From Candidatus Giovannonibacteria bacterium (lineage in GTDB: Bacteria; Patescibacteriota; Minisyncoccia; JACPKW01; UBA11713), in the NCBI GenBank assembly GCA_016186825.1, contig JACPKW010000004.1:428-64427 (forward strand): a DNA stretch of 64,000 bases, given 5' to 3'. The notes under the pieces are model-generated. The model made no database searches and had not been told where the DNA came from. It worked only from the letters and a program-made list of their open reading frames with translations. The position numbers and the translations under genes are program-made. Below, in pieces: positions 37,178-46,890 of the stretch (the first letter of the stretch is position 1; each line of letters opens with the position of its first letter).

Positions 37178-37564
37178 TTAATTCATCTTCTGAATTTGTA
37201 TTAGATTGCCGCACGTATCATCAAACTTCGCTATTGTTACCGGACCAGCTTGAGTAGGTTCCATCGTAAATCTAACACCGAGTGATTTTAGGCGTTCGTA
37301 TTCGCTTTTCATATCCTCAACCCAAAACGAGGTTGCCGGAATACCTTGCTCAAAAATCGCTTTTTGATAGGTTTTGGCGGCTGGGTTGTCATTAGGTTCT
37401 AGCAGGAGCTCGGTACCGTTTTGGTCTTCTGACGAGACGACAGTGAGCCACTTATATTGTCCAACTGTAACATCTTGCTTTTTTACAAGCCCGAGTTTTT
37501 CAGTATAGAATTTTAATGCCTTTTCCTGATCTTCTACGAATATACTGGCGACGACAATTTTCAT
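37178..37564 (-). CDS. VOC family protein (glyoxalase/bleomycin-resistance fold)
   Basis: 128 aa, MKIVVASIFVEDQEKALKFYTEKLG..., a typical βαβββ VOC module. Confidence 0.8.
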   Translation of the reverse strand: MKIVVASIFVEDQEKALKFYTEKLGLVKKQDVTVGQYKWLTVVSSEDQNGTELLLEPNDNPAAKTYQKAIFEQGIPATSFWVEDMKSEYERLKSLGVRFTMEPTQAGPVTIAKFDDTCGNLIQIQKMN

Positions 37565-37874
37565 AGCTGTTTTATTAGTTACTAGTATTAGCCGCTACAA
37601 CAAATTGACCCATTTTCTATCGGAGTTCGAATCCCTTTGGGATTCTTGCATTTTATCACTTTTCGGTTTTGAAATGTAGCGCAAAATAAGGGAATTTTGA
37701 CTACCGCTTTCCAAAACTACTGGCGGTGTATTCTTGAATTAGCTCGAACGGAATTCGCTCCTCGCCGCGCACAGCGCGGCTCGGAATAGGCGGGCGGGCA
37801 AAATGAATTCTGAAGCCGAGAGCATTAACAATTTTCCGCCAGAGGCGGATCTGCCTATGGCATGACAAATTTTT

Positions 37875-37938
37875 AATTGAGTTAAGTATAACTCAATTCA
37901 GTGAATTTTTCAATCATTTTTAAATTGAAAAATTCACT
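37875..37938. promoter_or_regulatory. Two adjacent perfect hairpins (9-bp and 15-bp stems) in a 414-bp non-coding region
   Basis: AATTGAGTT-aagtat-AACTCAATT (37875-37898) and AGTGAATTTTTCAAT-catttttaa-ATTGAAAAATTCACT (37900-37938). Confidence 0.6.
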
Positions 37939-37978
37939 GGCTTTGGCGGCAAATTTTAAAATTCTAGACCCGAACTGA

Positions 37979-38542
37979 TTACTTTAGAGATGCATTTTCT
38001 GATGTCAAGTTCCATAAAAGGTTATAAAGATTGGCTACCTCATCCACTGGTGGCCCATATGAATTAATTATTCGGACTTTCCCAGAATCTGAAAGTATGA
38101 GCAGCACATTAAAATCTGCAGTGATATTATTACTGGAAAAATTTTTATTTGAAAGCCATATTTCGTTGGCAATCGAAACTATTTCTTCAAGATTATGTTT
38201 CTTTAAAATTATTTCTTTCTCCTGTGATAATTTTTCGTAAGGTGTTTGATTTTTATTCTGGCCTATTCCATATGACAAAAGATTTTTACTTATATCAACT
38301 GTCAGTCGTCTCGGGGTGGATACAAATCCGCCAGAAACGAATAAAAAACCTTTCGCAGGGAGATATTTTTCTGCTCCTTGGGGAATATCAGAGACATTAT
38401 CAACCTGTGTTTTTACGTGCGCGTATTCCATTAGGGTTTTATTTACACCTTTTTGTACTTGGTCTGTTAAATTTCTCTGGCGGTATACAAAAAAAACCAC
38501 AACAAGAATTAATAATAGAATTATAAATATTAAATAACGCAT
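37979..38542 (-). CDS. Hypothetical membrane-anchored protein
   Basis: 187 aa with an N-terminal TM helix YLIFIILLLILVVVFFV and no recognisable motif. Confidence 0.5.
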   Translation of the reverse strand: MRYLIFIILLLILVVVFFVYRQRNLTDQVQKGVNKTLMEYAHVKTQVDNVSDIPQGAEKYLPAKGFLFVSGGFVSTPRRLTVDISKNLLSYGIGQNKNQTPYEKLSQEKEIILKKHNLEEIVSIANEIWLSNKNFSSNNITADFNVLLILSDSGKVRIINSYGPPVDEVANLYNLLWNLTSENASLK

Positions 38543-38682
38543 AATGTATGATGAAAAAATTTCTTTTGCCCTTCATTGATAAATCATTTTCCTTTTCGCC
38601 AAAAAAGCCCTTTCAAATCCTAGCCGAGCGGCGCGTTCCGCGCCGCGAGCTTGCCCCTGCAAATTTGCTTTTTCCCAATTGG

Positions 38683-38702
38683 CGGAGGAGGTGGGATTCG
38701 AT
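38683..38702 (-). repeat. 20-bp perfect direct duplicate of the tRNA-Ser(GCU) 3' end, embedded in a pseudo-tRNA-like hairpin region
   Basis: gcggaggaggtgggattcga at 38683-38702 equals 38809-38828. The intervening ~105 bp forms strong hairpins (GGGAAGTCC-gtg-GGACTTCCC) but lacks a 5' acceptor arm. Confidence 0.75.
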
Positions 38703-38809
38703 TTCCTACCACGGAAATCCCGGGGAAGTCCCACGGACTTCCCTTCGAATCCCACTTTCAACCATTAATGCCAAATTTAATATCCAAAAGATATTTAAAT
38801 TTGCCATAG

Positions 38810-38896
38810 CGGAGGAGGTGGGATTCGAACCCACGGACGGCTTTTGACCGTCACGGCTTAGCAAGCCGCTCGTTTCAACCACTCACGCACTCCTCC
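38810..38896 (-). tRNA. tRNA-Ser (anticodon GCU), type II
   Basis: Manual fold: acceptor GGAGGAG/CTCCTCC, anticodon stem GCGGC/GCCGT with loop TTGCTAA, a long variable arm and T-loop GGTTCGAAT. Confidence 0.85.
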
Positions 38897-38992
38897 AAAT
38901 TTTCTCGGCGAACCTGCCTGCCGGTAGGCAGGGCCTCAACCACACACCCGCAAAGTTTATAGACCGTAGTTTATATTTAATGGCCGCTAATT

Positions 38993-39646
38993 TCAACCGC
39001 GCGCGATAACAAGCCCGATGACTTTTTTAGCTCCGGCATCCTTTAAAACTCGGGCTGCTTCGTTCAATGTTGCCCCAGTCGTCGAAATGTCATCAATCAA
39101 AAAGACAGTACGGCCCGCAATTTTTTCGGAAGTTGAAATTCTAAAAGAATTTATTACATTTGAAATCCGCTTTGCGCTGGAAAGCGCTGTCTGCGTGGGC
39201 GTGTCCTTAACTTTTAAGATGATATCAGACATATTTTCTATCCCTGTTCTATCGGACAAAGCTTTTGAAATAAGCTCTGCCTGGTTATATCCTCGTTTTC
39301 TAAGGCGTTTTTTTGAAATCGGAATCGGCAAAAGAACGGCATTCGTTTCCGAAGTGAGGTAAGTGCGGAAAAGATGATGGAGCATTTGGGAAAAAGGATG
39401 AGAGAGGCGGGCAGTACCATGGTATTTAAAACGGCGGATTGCTCTTTTTAAAACTCTATTGTCGTAAAATCCAAAACTATAAAGCTTATCCAAAAATGGC
39501 CCAGGATTTTTTATTTCGGATTCTTTTTTGGCTTTTTTGATGCACAATTCGCAGAGAAACACTTTTTCTTTTAGACATCCAATACAGCGCTCCGGGAAAA
39601 GCAGCGAGAAAAAATTATCTAATCCTGTGTGGATAAGTTTAAACAT
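38993..39646 (-). CDS. comFC: ComF family protein (phosphoribosyltransferase-like competence protein)
   Basis: N-terminal zinc-finger-like CIGC...CELC and a PRTase motif VFLIDDISTTGATL. Confidence 0.8.
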   Translation of the reverse strand: MFKLIHTGLDNFFSLLFPERCIGCLKEKVFLCELCIKKAKKESEIKNPGPFLDKLYSFGFYDNRVLKRAIRRFKYHGTARLSHPFSQMLHHLFRTYLTSETNAVLLPIPISKKRLRKRGYNQAELISKALSDRTGIENMSDIILKVKDTPTQTALSSAKRISNVINSFRISTSEKIAGRTVFLIDDISTTGATLNEAARVLKDAGAKKVIGLVIARG

Positions 39647-39776
39647 AGTTAAGTTCAGCTTCTATGATATAATAACTAGGAAGAAAGGCGAGCGATAATT
39701 TTTATCATTGGGTACTCATGCCTCTCCCATTTCTTCTCGCAAATTGGATTTTTAGAATAGAATAAATGGAAGGGGC

Positions 39777-40904
39777 ATGGATATACCTTTTTTCAAAAAT
39801 TTATCATTGGCCAAAGGGCTTGCTCTTTTTAAGCCGAAAGCCGCGAGTGTTTTAGGCATCGATTTAGGCACTTCGAGTTTTAAGATTGTTCAGCTCCGGC
39901 GCGACAAGGAACAAGGCGTGCTCGAAACATATGGAGAGCTTGCTTCGGGTCCTTACGGAGGCGCAGAAATTGGGAAAAGCGTTAAGCTTGTGGATCAGAA
40001 GATCGTCGAAATGATCGGGGATCTTTTAAAAGAGACGAACGCCACTTCAAAAAGCGCAGTCGTTTCGATTCCGCTTAGAAACAGCTTTGTCACGAAGATT
40101 TCTTTGCCGCTAATGTCGGAGACAGAGTTAGCCGAGGCAATAACTTATGAAGCGCGAAGATACATTCCGGTTCCTTCCAATGAGGTAATCATAGATTGGA
40201 TGCTTCTGCCCCAATCGATTGCATCAAGTGATCGGGAGGATGAGGGTTTTGCAAAAGAGCGCAGATTTATGGATGTGCTTTTGGTTGCAATCCATCGCGA
40301 ACTGGTTGAAAAATATCAAAGCATTTTCAAAACCGCTGATCTCAATGTGCTGGCTTTTGAGATAGAAGTTTTCAGCCAGGTGCGCTCCGTGCTCGGAAGG
40401 GAAGTTGCTCCGGTATTAATAGTAGATATCGGCGCGCAATCTACGCGCTTGACCGTAGTTGATTACGGAATCGTGAGGCTATCGCATAATTTGGACCGCG
40501 GCTCGCAGGATCTCACCCAGGCGCTTTCGCGCTCGCTCAACATAGATTTCGAGCGTGCGGAAAAATTAAAGCGCGAGACGGGTTTGTCAGGACGCCCGGA
40601 GCATAAAGAAATTGTCGGTGTGATTCAACCTCTGCTCGATTATATTTTTTCCGAGGCCGAACGCGTTTCGACTGATTATCACCAGCGGAATAATAGAGCC
40701 ATTAAGAGGGTAATTTTGGCGGGAGGCGGCGCAAATCTCAAGGGCATTGTGGATTTTTCAATAAACAAGTTTGGTATCGAAAGTTCTACAGCCAACCCTT
40801 TCAGCAGGGTTACCTATCCGGCCTTTCTCGAACCAGTGCTGAAGGATTTGGGCCCCACATTTTCAAATTCATTAGGTTTAGCATTAAGGGCTTTGCAGGA
40901 TTAA
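39777..40904 (+). CDS. pilM: Type IV pilus assembly ATPase-fold protein PilM
   Basis: Actin/FtsA-like fold: VLGIDLGTSSFKIVQL ... LAGGGANLKGI. Confidence 0.85.
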   Translation: MDIPFFKNLSLAKGLALFKPKAASVLGIDLGTSSFKIVQLRRDKEQGVLETYGELASGPYGGAEIGKSVKLVDQKIVEMIGDLLKETNATSKSAVVSIPLRNSFVTKISLPLMSETELAEAITYEARRYIPVPSNEVIIDWMLLPQSIASSDREDEGFAKERRFMDVLLVAIHRELVEKYQSIFKTADLNVLAFEIEVFSQVRSVLGREVAPVLIVDIGAQSTRLTVVDYGIVRLSHNLDRGSQDLTQALSRSLNIDFERAEKLKRETGLSGRPEHKEIVGVIQPLLDYIFSEAERVSTDYHQRNNRAIKRVILAGGGANLKGIVDFSINKFGIESSTANPFSRVTYPAFLEPVLKDLGPTFSNSLGLALRALQD

Positions 40905-40915
40905 AGAAAATTTAA

Positions 40916-41470
40916 ATGGCAGAAATTCCATCGTTTATTCCGAAAAGTTCGCCAGTTCATATTCCCGCCCCGCGTGAGGGCATAGGAATTTTGCTTTTTT
41001 TGGGCATTGTTTTAATGGTGCTCGCTCTTGTTTTATTCGGCGGGGTTTATTTTTATAAAACTATCATTGAAGGGCAGATCAAGGACGGGAATAAGACTTT
41101 AAGCGAGCTCGAAAAGAAATTCAACAAAGAACAAATTCTCGAATTCGCGAAAGTTGCGAAATCCATTGAGGCTTCCAAAGGCCTGCTTCAAAGCCACATC
41201 TCGGTTTCACAGGTATTTAAATTTTTAGAGGGAAAAACTTTGCCGGAGGTGCGTTTTTCGAACTTCGGTTTTAAAACTAAAGGAGAGGATCTTTTAATGG
41301 CAGGCGAGGCAGAAAGTTATACCGATCTGGCTTTGCAGATTGCGCTTTTGCAACAGCAGAAAGGAGTAATAAAGAGCATTGGATTATCAGGGATATCTTT
41401 GAAAGAAGCGGGCAACGTGAATTTTTCTATAAGCCTAAACTTTGAACCGAGCGTTTTGACTTATCGATAA
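40916..41470 (+). CDS. pilN: PilN-like bitopic pilus assembly protein
   Basis: 184 aa, single TM helix then a periplasmic coiled coil. Position is right after pilM. Confidence 0.6.
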   Translation: MAEIPSFIPKSSPVHIPAPREGIGILLFLGIVLMVLALVLFGGVYFYKTIIEGQIKDGNKTLSELEKKFNKEQILEFAKVAKSIEASKGLLQSHISVSQVFKFLEGKTLPEVRFSNFGFKTKGEDLLMAGEAESYTDLALQIALLQQQKGVIKSIGLSGISLKEAGNVNFSISLNFEPSVLTYR

Positions 41471-41476
41471 TTTTTT

Positions 41477-42019
41477 ATGGTAAAAAATATTTTAGCGATC
41501 ATATTAATAGTTGCGGCGGTTGGAATAGTTTTTATGTGGGTTAAGCCACTTTGGGCAGATATCCAGGGATTGAATTCATCAAAACAGGAACTTCAAACTG
41601 CGATCAATAATATGAAAGAGCGGGCGAAAGACCGGGATCGGCTTTTGGAGAAATACAACGCGATTGCCGAAGAAGACCTCGCGCGATTAAACGAAATGAT
41701 TCCGCCGGATGTCGATATCGCGAAATTGCTTGTGAATATGGATGATCTCGCAAAAACCAATGGATTGATTTTGAAAAGAATTGATGCAAAAGAGTCAAAA
41801 GAGGGGTCGGCCGTAGTCGGAGGAGGGCCGCAGAATTTTGAGCCTATTAGCCTTGAACTTTCTGTTGCCGGTTCTTACCAGTCCTTTAGAAACTATCTGG
41901 CCGCGCTTGAGAAAAATCTTCGTCTGATTGACGTTGCCGATATTACTTTTTCAGCGAGCGAAAAAGATTCTTATGAGTTTACGATTAGGGCCGTGATTTA
42001 TTCGCAGAAAAAACAATAA
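41477..42019 (+). CDS. pilO: PilO-like bitopic pilus assembly protein
   Basis: 180 aa, N-terminal TM helix plus a coiled coil (QELQTAINNMKERAKDRDRLLEKY). Confidence 0.6.
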   Translation: MVKNILAIILIVAAVGIVFMWVKPLWADIQGLNSSKQELQTAINNMKERAKDRDRLLEKYNAIAEEDLARLNEMIPPDVDIAKLLVNMDDLAKTNGLILKRIDAKESKEGSAVVGGGPQNFEPISLELSVAGSYQSFRNYLAALEKNLRLIDVADITFSASEKDSYEFTIRAVIYSQKKQ

Positions 42020-42020
42020 G

Positions 42021-42314
42021 ATGCCTGAAAAAAACTTTTTGATGACAATTATATTGGTGATTGTGCTCCTGGCGCTCGGCTTTGTATGGTATAAATATTT
42101 TTATTCAACTGGCGCGGCAATTCCTGTGCCGGAAACCGGAACTAATATAAAAATCGATAAAGAATTTATCACGCTTGCGAATATCCTCGAAAAAACCAAA
42201 ATAGACACCGCGTTTTTTGATGATTCTTTGTTTGTAAATCTTAAAAAGAGCGTTCCTTTTCCTGAAATTCCTGAAAATCAGGGGAGAATAAATCCTTTCG
42301 CGCCTTTGCCTTAA
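42021..42314 (+). CDS. Small bitopic protein (PilP-like position)
   Basis: 97 aa with an N-terminal TM helix. Stop and start are coupled to the flanking pil genes. Confidence 0.4.
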   Translation: MPEKNFLMTIILVIVLLALGFVWYKYFYSTGAAIPVPETGTNIKIDKEFITLANILEKTKIDTAFFDDSLFVNLKKSVPFPEIPENQGRINPFAPLP

Positions 42315-42327
42315 GGACTAAATTTGC

Positions 42328-44049
42328 ATGTCAGATACGCGTTTTGCGGATATCCTTATTGAAAAAAAGCTTTTATCGAGCGGCGATTTAAACGCGGCAA
42401 AAGAACAGGCGCATCACTCGGGCCTGCTTCTGGAAGAGGCGCTCGAAGAAAAGGGGATCGATGAAAAAACCATTTTGGATGCGAAAACCGAGGTTTTCGG
42501 GATTCCCGCAAAAAAATTAGATGATGTAAAAGTGCCTTTTGAAGTATTGAAGTACGTCCCCGAGGATTCCGCGAGGCACTATAAATTCGTGCCGATCGGA
42601 CTTAAGGACGGGGTGCTTGAAATCGGGATGCTCGATCCAAGCGACATCGATGCCAAAGAGGCGCTGCAATTCATCGCTTCAAAATTAAATATGCCTTTTC
42701 GGGTGTATTTAATCCTGCGTTCTAATTTTTTAAAGATTGTAGAAGAATATCGTGGCCTTGGGGGTGAAGTTAATAAAGTGCTCTCGGAACTTGAAACAGC
42801 GCTCGTTGAGAATGCGCCTCCGTCGGAAAAAGAAATTCAAAAAATTGAAACAGCAACGGCTTTTGCCGAAGAGGCGCCGATAACAAAAATGGTGGCGGTG
42901 ATGCTCAAACACGCGACAGAGGGAAGGGCTTCCGACATCCACATCGAGCCTACTCGCGAACAAATGCGCGTCCGTTTCAGAGTGGACGGAATTTTGTATA
43001 CAAGCCTCATTCTTCCGAAAAAAGTTCATGAAGCGATTGTTTCTAGGATCAAGATTCTTACAAACATGCAGCTTGATGAAAAGCGAAAGCCGCAGGACGG
43101 AAGGTTTTCGGCAAGAGTGGATGACCGCGATATTGATTTTCGTGTCTCGACATTCCCGACTTATTTCGGCGAAAAAGTCGCGATCCGTATTTTGGACCAG
43201 CAATCCGGGGTCGGCACGTTAGGCGCTTTGGGTTTGGACGGGCGGAATCTCGAAGTTGTAAATGAAGGATTAAAGCGTCCCTACGGAATGGTTTTGATTA
43301 CCGGTCCCACAGGTTCCGGAAAGTCAACGACTCTTTATGCGATGCTCCAGCTTTTAAACCAGGAAAGGTATAACATTGTGAGCTTGGAAGATCCGATTGA
43401 ATATCATATTGAAGGCGTTAACCAATCGCAGGTCCGTCCCGAAATAGATTACGATTTTGCCTCCGGCCTCCGGTCTATTCTGCGTCAAGATCCCGATACG
43501 ATTATGGTTGGCGAGATCCGCGACAAAGAAACCGCCCAGCTTGCTATTCACGCCGCGCTAACCGGGCACTTGGTCTTGTCTACACTTCACACAAACACTG
43601 CGATTGGCGTCATTCCGCGTTTGATTGACATGGGGGTTGAGCCTTATCTGATCGCGCCCACTTTGATTCTCGCGATCGGACAGAGGCTTGGCAGAACCCT
43701 TTGCAAGGATTCAAAGCGTTCGATCGCGCTTGAGGGCCCGGTTAGGAACAAACTAGAAGAAGAAATTCAAGGAATGCCCGAAGCTATTAAGAAAAAGATA
43801 AAAATACCGAAGGAAATTTATCAGGCGCTTCCGTCTCCCTCCTGTCCCAAAGGAACTCGCGGACGCATTGCCGTTTTTGAAGTTTTGAATATGACGCCAG
43901 AACTCGAAAAAATAATATTGAAAGTCCCTACTGAAGCGGAAATTATGCAGGAAGGGCGCAGACAAGGTATGATAACTATGAGAGAAGATGGCATTTTGAA
44001 AGTGCTTGAGGGTAAAATTGGTTTAGAGGAGTTGTCTGAAATTACATAG
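42328..44049 (+). CDS. pilB: Type IV pilus assembly (extension) ATPase PilB/GspE
   Basis: N-terminal GSPII_E_N domain, Walker A GPTGSGKSTTL, Asp/His boxes and the tetracysteine motif CKDS...CPKG. Confidence 0.9.
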   Translation: MSDTRFADILIEKKLLSSGDLNAAKEQAHHSGLLLEEALEEKGIDEKTILDAKTEVFGIPAKKLDDVKVPFEVLKYVPEDSARHYKFVPIGLKDGVLEIGMLDPSDIDAKEALQFIASKLNMPFRVYLILRSNFLKIVEEYRGLGGEVNKVLSELETALVENAPPSEKEIQKIETATAFAEEAPITKMVAVMLKHATEGRASDIHIEPTREQMRVRFRVDGILYTSLILPKKVHEAIVSRIKILTNMQLDEKRKPQDGRFSARVDDRDIDFRVSTFPTYFGEKVAIRILDQQSGVGTLGALGLDGRNLEVVNEGLKRPYGMVLITGPTGSGKSTTLYAMLQLLNQERYNIVSLEDPIEYHIEGVNQSQVRPEIDYDFASGLRSILRQDPDTIMVGEIRDKETAQLAIHAALTGHLVLSTLHTNTAIGVIPRLIDMGVEPYLIAPTLILAIGQRLGRTLCKDSKRSIALEGPVRNKLEEEIQGMPEAIKKKIKIPKEIYQALPSPSCPKGTRGRIAVFEVLNMTPELEKIILKVPTEAEIMQEGRRQGMITMREDGILKVLEGKIGLEELSEIT

Positions 44050-44051
44050 CT

Positions 44052-44438
44052 ATGTCTGAATCAACTAAAAAAATTCTGATAGTCGATGACGACGAGTTTT
44101 TACTCGAAATGTATGCGCTCAAATTCAGGGAGTCGGCTTTCGAAGTCGAGGTTTCGCATAGCGGCGAAGAAGTGCTAGAAAAATTGCGTTCGGGCTACGC
44201 GCCGGATGTGCTTCTCCTTGATATTGTTATGCCCGCGATAGATGGCTTTGAAGTGCTAAAGATGATCAAGAAAGAGAATCTTTTGCCGAGCGCCTTGCTT
44301 ATCGTTTTAACGAATTTGGGGCAAAAAGAGGACGTAGAAAAAGGGTTGCGGCTTGGAGCAACAGATTACATAGTAAAGGCGAATTATACTCCCTCGGAGG
44401 TGGTCAAAAAAATTAACGATTTATTCGAAAAAAAATAA
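44052..44438 (+). CDS. Single-domain response regulator (CheY-like receiver; PilH/PilG-like)
   Basis: ILIVDDDEFLLEMY...LLLDIVMP (phospho-acceptor Asp in LDIVMP) ...TNLGQK. No output domain. Confidence 0.8.
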   Translation: MSESTKKILIVDDDEFLLEMYALKFRESAFEVEVSHSGEEVLEKLRSGYAPDVLLLDIVMPAIDGFEVLKMIKKENLLPSALLIVLTNLGQKEDVEKGLRLGATDYIVKANYTPSEVVKKINDLFEKK

Positions 44439-44457
44439 GCAAGTGTAAATTTAAAAT

Positions 44458-45528
44458 ATGAAAGATTACGGCGAAGAACTTAAGGAACTTATTTTGACTG
44501 TCGCAAAGGAGCAGGCCTCCGATCTGCATTTAACCGCCGGACGCTACCCGACTTTGCGCATTGCAGGCGAGCTGGTTCCCTTGGTAAAAAGGCAGGTTTT
44601 AACCCCGGAAGACACAAAGGGACTTGCGTTTGCGATGTTAGATGAAAAAAGCCAGGCGAAATTTTTGGAGGAGCGTGAACTCGATTTTTCATACAGTTTC
44701 GAAGATAAAGTCCGTTTTCGAGTAAATATTTTTCATGAGCGGGGATTTATGGCGGCCGCGTTGCGGCTTGTTCCGGTTGAAATCATGACTCTTAAGGAAC
44801 TTAACTTGCCTGAAATAATAAAATCATTTACCCAAAAGGAGCAGGGTTTTTTCTTGGTGGTGGGGCCGACCGGACATGGCAAGACTACAACGCTTGCGAG
44901 CCTGATTGATATCATTAATAAAACGCGCGCGGAGCATATCATTACAATTGAAGATCCGATCGAATACCTTTTTACCTCTGATAAATCTATCATTGTTCAG
45001 CGCGAGGTGGGGCCTGATACTGACGATTTTCATAAGGCGCTCCGCTCGATGTTTCGGGAGGATGTAAACGTGGGGATGATCGGCGAGATGCGCGATCACG
45101 AGACAATTTCTGCGGCAGTTACCGCGGCCGAAACAGGGCACCTAATCATGTCGTCTTTGCACACGAATAACGCGGCGCAGACAATAGACCGTATCATCGA
45201 CTCCTTTCCGGGAGGCCAGCAGAACCAGATCCGCTCCCAGCTTTCAAGCTCGCTTTTAGGAATTTTTTCACAGCGTCTGATCCCGCGCGTCTCCGGCGGG
45301 CTGATTCCGGCCTACGAGCTGATGATCGCGACTACAGCTGTAAAAAATCTCATTCGCGAAAATAAGGTTCATGAATTGGATTTGATAATCGAAACCTCTT
45401 CCGAGCAGGGGATGATAAGTTTGAATCAATCTCTGGTGGATTTGATCAAACAGGGCGAGATTACGTATGAAAATGCGCTTGCGTTCTCGCTTAATTCGAG
45501 AGAGCTTCAAGCTTTATTGGGTAGGTAA
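44458..45528 (+). CDS. pilT: Type IV pilus retraction ATPase PilT
   Basis: Walker A GPTGHGKTTT, Walker B IGEMRD, and His box SSLHTNNAAQTIDRI. Confidence 0.9.
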   Translation: MKDYGEELKELILTVAKEQASDLHLTAGRYPTLRIAGELVPLVKRQVLTPEDTKGLAFAMLDEKSQAKFLEERELDFSYSFEDKVRFRVNIFHERGFMAAALRLVPVEIMTLKELNLPEIIKSFTQKEQGFFLVVGPTGHGKTTTLASLIDIINKTRAEHIITIEDPIEYLFTSDKSIIVQREVGPDTDDFHKALRSMFREDVNVGMIGEMRDHETISAAVTAAETGHLIMSSLHTNNAAQTIDRIIDSFPGGQQNQIRSQLSSSLLGIFSQRLIPRVSGGLIPAYELMIATTAVKNLIRENKVHELDLIIETSSEQGMISLNQSLVDLIKQGEITYENALAFSLNSRELQALLGR

Positions 45529-45540
45529 ACACATTCGATC

Positions 45541-46749
45541 ATGCTTTTTAAATATGTAGCAAAAACGCCAGAAGGGGAGACTCGTGATGGATCGGTTGAC
45601 GCCGCAAGTCTTGAGCTTGCTATTTCATCTCTTCAAAGGAGAGGTCTTATCATAACTTCGTTAGTCCCCGCAGAGAAAGCTGGAGCGTGGTACGAGAAGG
45701 GGCTTGCGAGTTTTGAAAAGGTAAAGATGCGAGATATTGTGATTCTTTCGCGCCAGCTCTCGACTTTATTTGAAGCTAAAGTCCCGATCGTTGAAGCTTT
45801 GAGAGTTTTGACAGCAGAGACTTCGAGTTCGGTTTTAAGGAAACATCTTTCCGAAATTCTCTCCGACATTCAGGGCGGGCTTTCGATTTCGCAGGCCTTG
45901 GCGCGCCATCCCGACGTTTTTTCAAGCCTTTATGTAAATATGGTCCGCTCCGGCGAGGAGTCCGGCAAATTGGAAGAAGTCTTTTCGTATCTTGCGGATT
46001 ATCTGGAACGCTCTTACGAATTGCAGGCAAAAGCCAGAAATGCCTTTATTTATCCCGCTTTCGTTCTATCCGCTTTCATAATTGTTATGGTTCTGATGTT
46101 GGTTGTTGTGATCCCGCGTTTGTCATCCTTGCTTACTGAAACCGGACAGGATATCCCCCTTTATACCAAAGTTGTGATCGGCATGAGCGAGGGCCTGCGT
46201 TCATACGGACTTTATATTCTTCTCATGGTTATTGTGGGCATAGTTTTACTCTGGCGCTACACAAAAACAGCTTCGGGCAAATTGGCCTTGCATAGGTTTA
46301 TAATAAACATTCCCGTGATCGGCGGACTTTATCGAAAAATTTATCTTTCACGCCTCGCCGATAACATGCAGACGCTTTTGGCGGGCGGCGTAACGGTTCT
46401 TCGCGCGCTAGAAATTACAGCGGACGTCGTGGGGAATGAAATTTACGGATCAATCATCAGGCAAACCAAAGAGGAAGTGAAGGGCGGGGCATCAATTTCG
46501 CAGTCCCTTTCAAAATTTGAAGATATTCCTCCCCTGATGACGCAGATGATCCGGATCGGGGAAGAGACCGGAAAGCTCGATTATATTTTAAAAACCATGG
46601 CCGGGTTTTACCGCAGAGAAGTTGATAATGCCGTAAACAACCTCGTGAGCTCTATTGAACCTCTTATGATTCTGGTCTTGGGTCTTGGGGTGGGGCTCCT
46701 GGTGGCGGCAGTTTTAATCCCGATTTACAACATTTCCACGTCGCTATAG
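45541..46749 (+). CDS. pilC: Type IV pilus platform protein PilC/GspF
   Basis: 402 aa with the two repeated T2SF domains and three TM segments. Confidence 0.9.
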   Translation: MLFKYVAKTPEGETRDGSVDAASLELAISSLQRRGLIITSLVPAEKAGAWYEKGLASFEKVKMRDIVILSRQLSTLFEAKVPIVEALRVLTAETSSSVLRKHLSEILSDIQGGLSISQALARHPDVFSSLYVNMVRSGEESGKLEEVFSYLADYLERSYELQAKARNAFIYPAFVLSAFIIVMVLMLVVVIPRLSSLLTETGQDIPLYTKVVIGMSEGLRSYGLYILLMVIVGIVLLWRYTKTASGKLALHRFIINIPVIGGLYRKIYLSRLADNMQTLLAGGVTVLRALEITADVVGNEIYGSIIRQTKEEVKGGASISQSLSKFEDIPPLMTQMIRIGEETGKLDYILKTMAGFYRREVDNAVNNLVSSIEPLMILVLGLGVGLLVAAVLIPIYNISTSL

Positions 46750-46890
46750 CCAAAAAGCTTATCCACACGCCGAAGCCATATATAGATGATTTAGAGGTAT
46801 AATTAATCTATTAAAAGTTTAAAAACTTAATTATATAAAGGTCATATAAATCAACAAAATTAAAGGTTAATTATTAATTAAATAAAATAA

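Noticed and set aside
37565-37978. SRP RNA, tmRNA, RNase P RNA or 6S RNA
   Set aside because: Looked for GAAGCAGCC/AGGUCAGG (SRP), a tRNA-like 3' end plus tag ORF (tmRNA), and P4 GGAAAGUCCGG (RNase P). None matched convincingly, so it is left as an unclassified structured region.
38548-38847. + strand 99-aa ORF and minus 62-aa ORF over the tRNA-Ser(GCU) region
   Set aside because: They overlap the tRNA and the pseudo-tRNA hairpins and are not coding.
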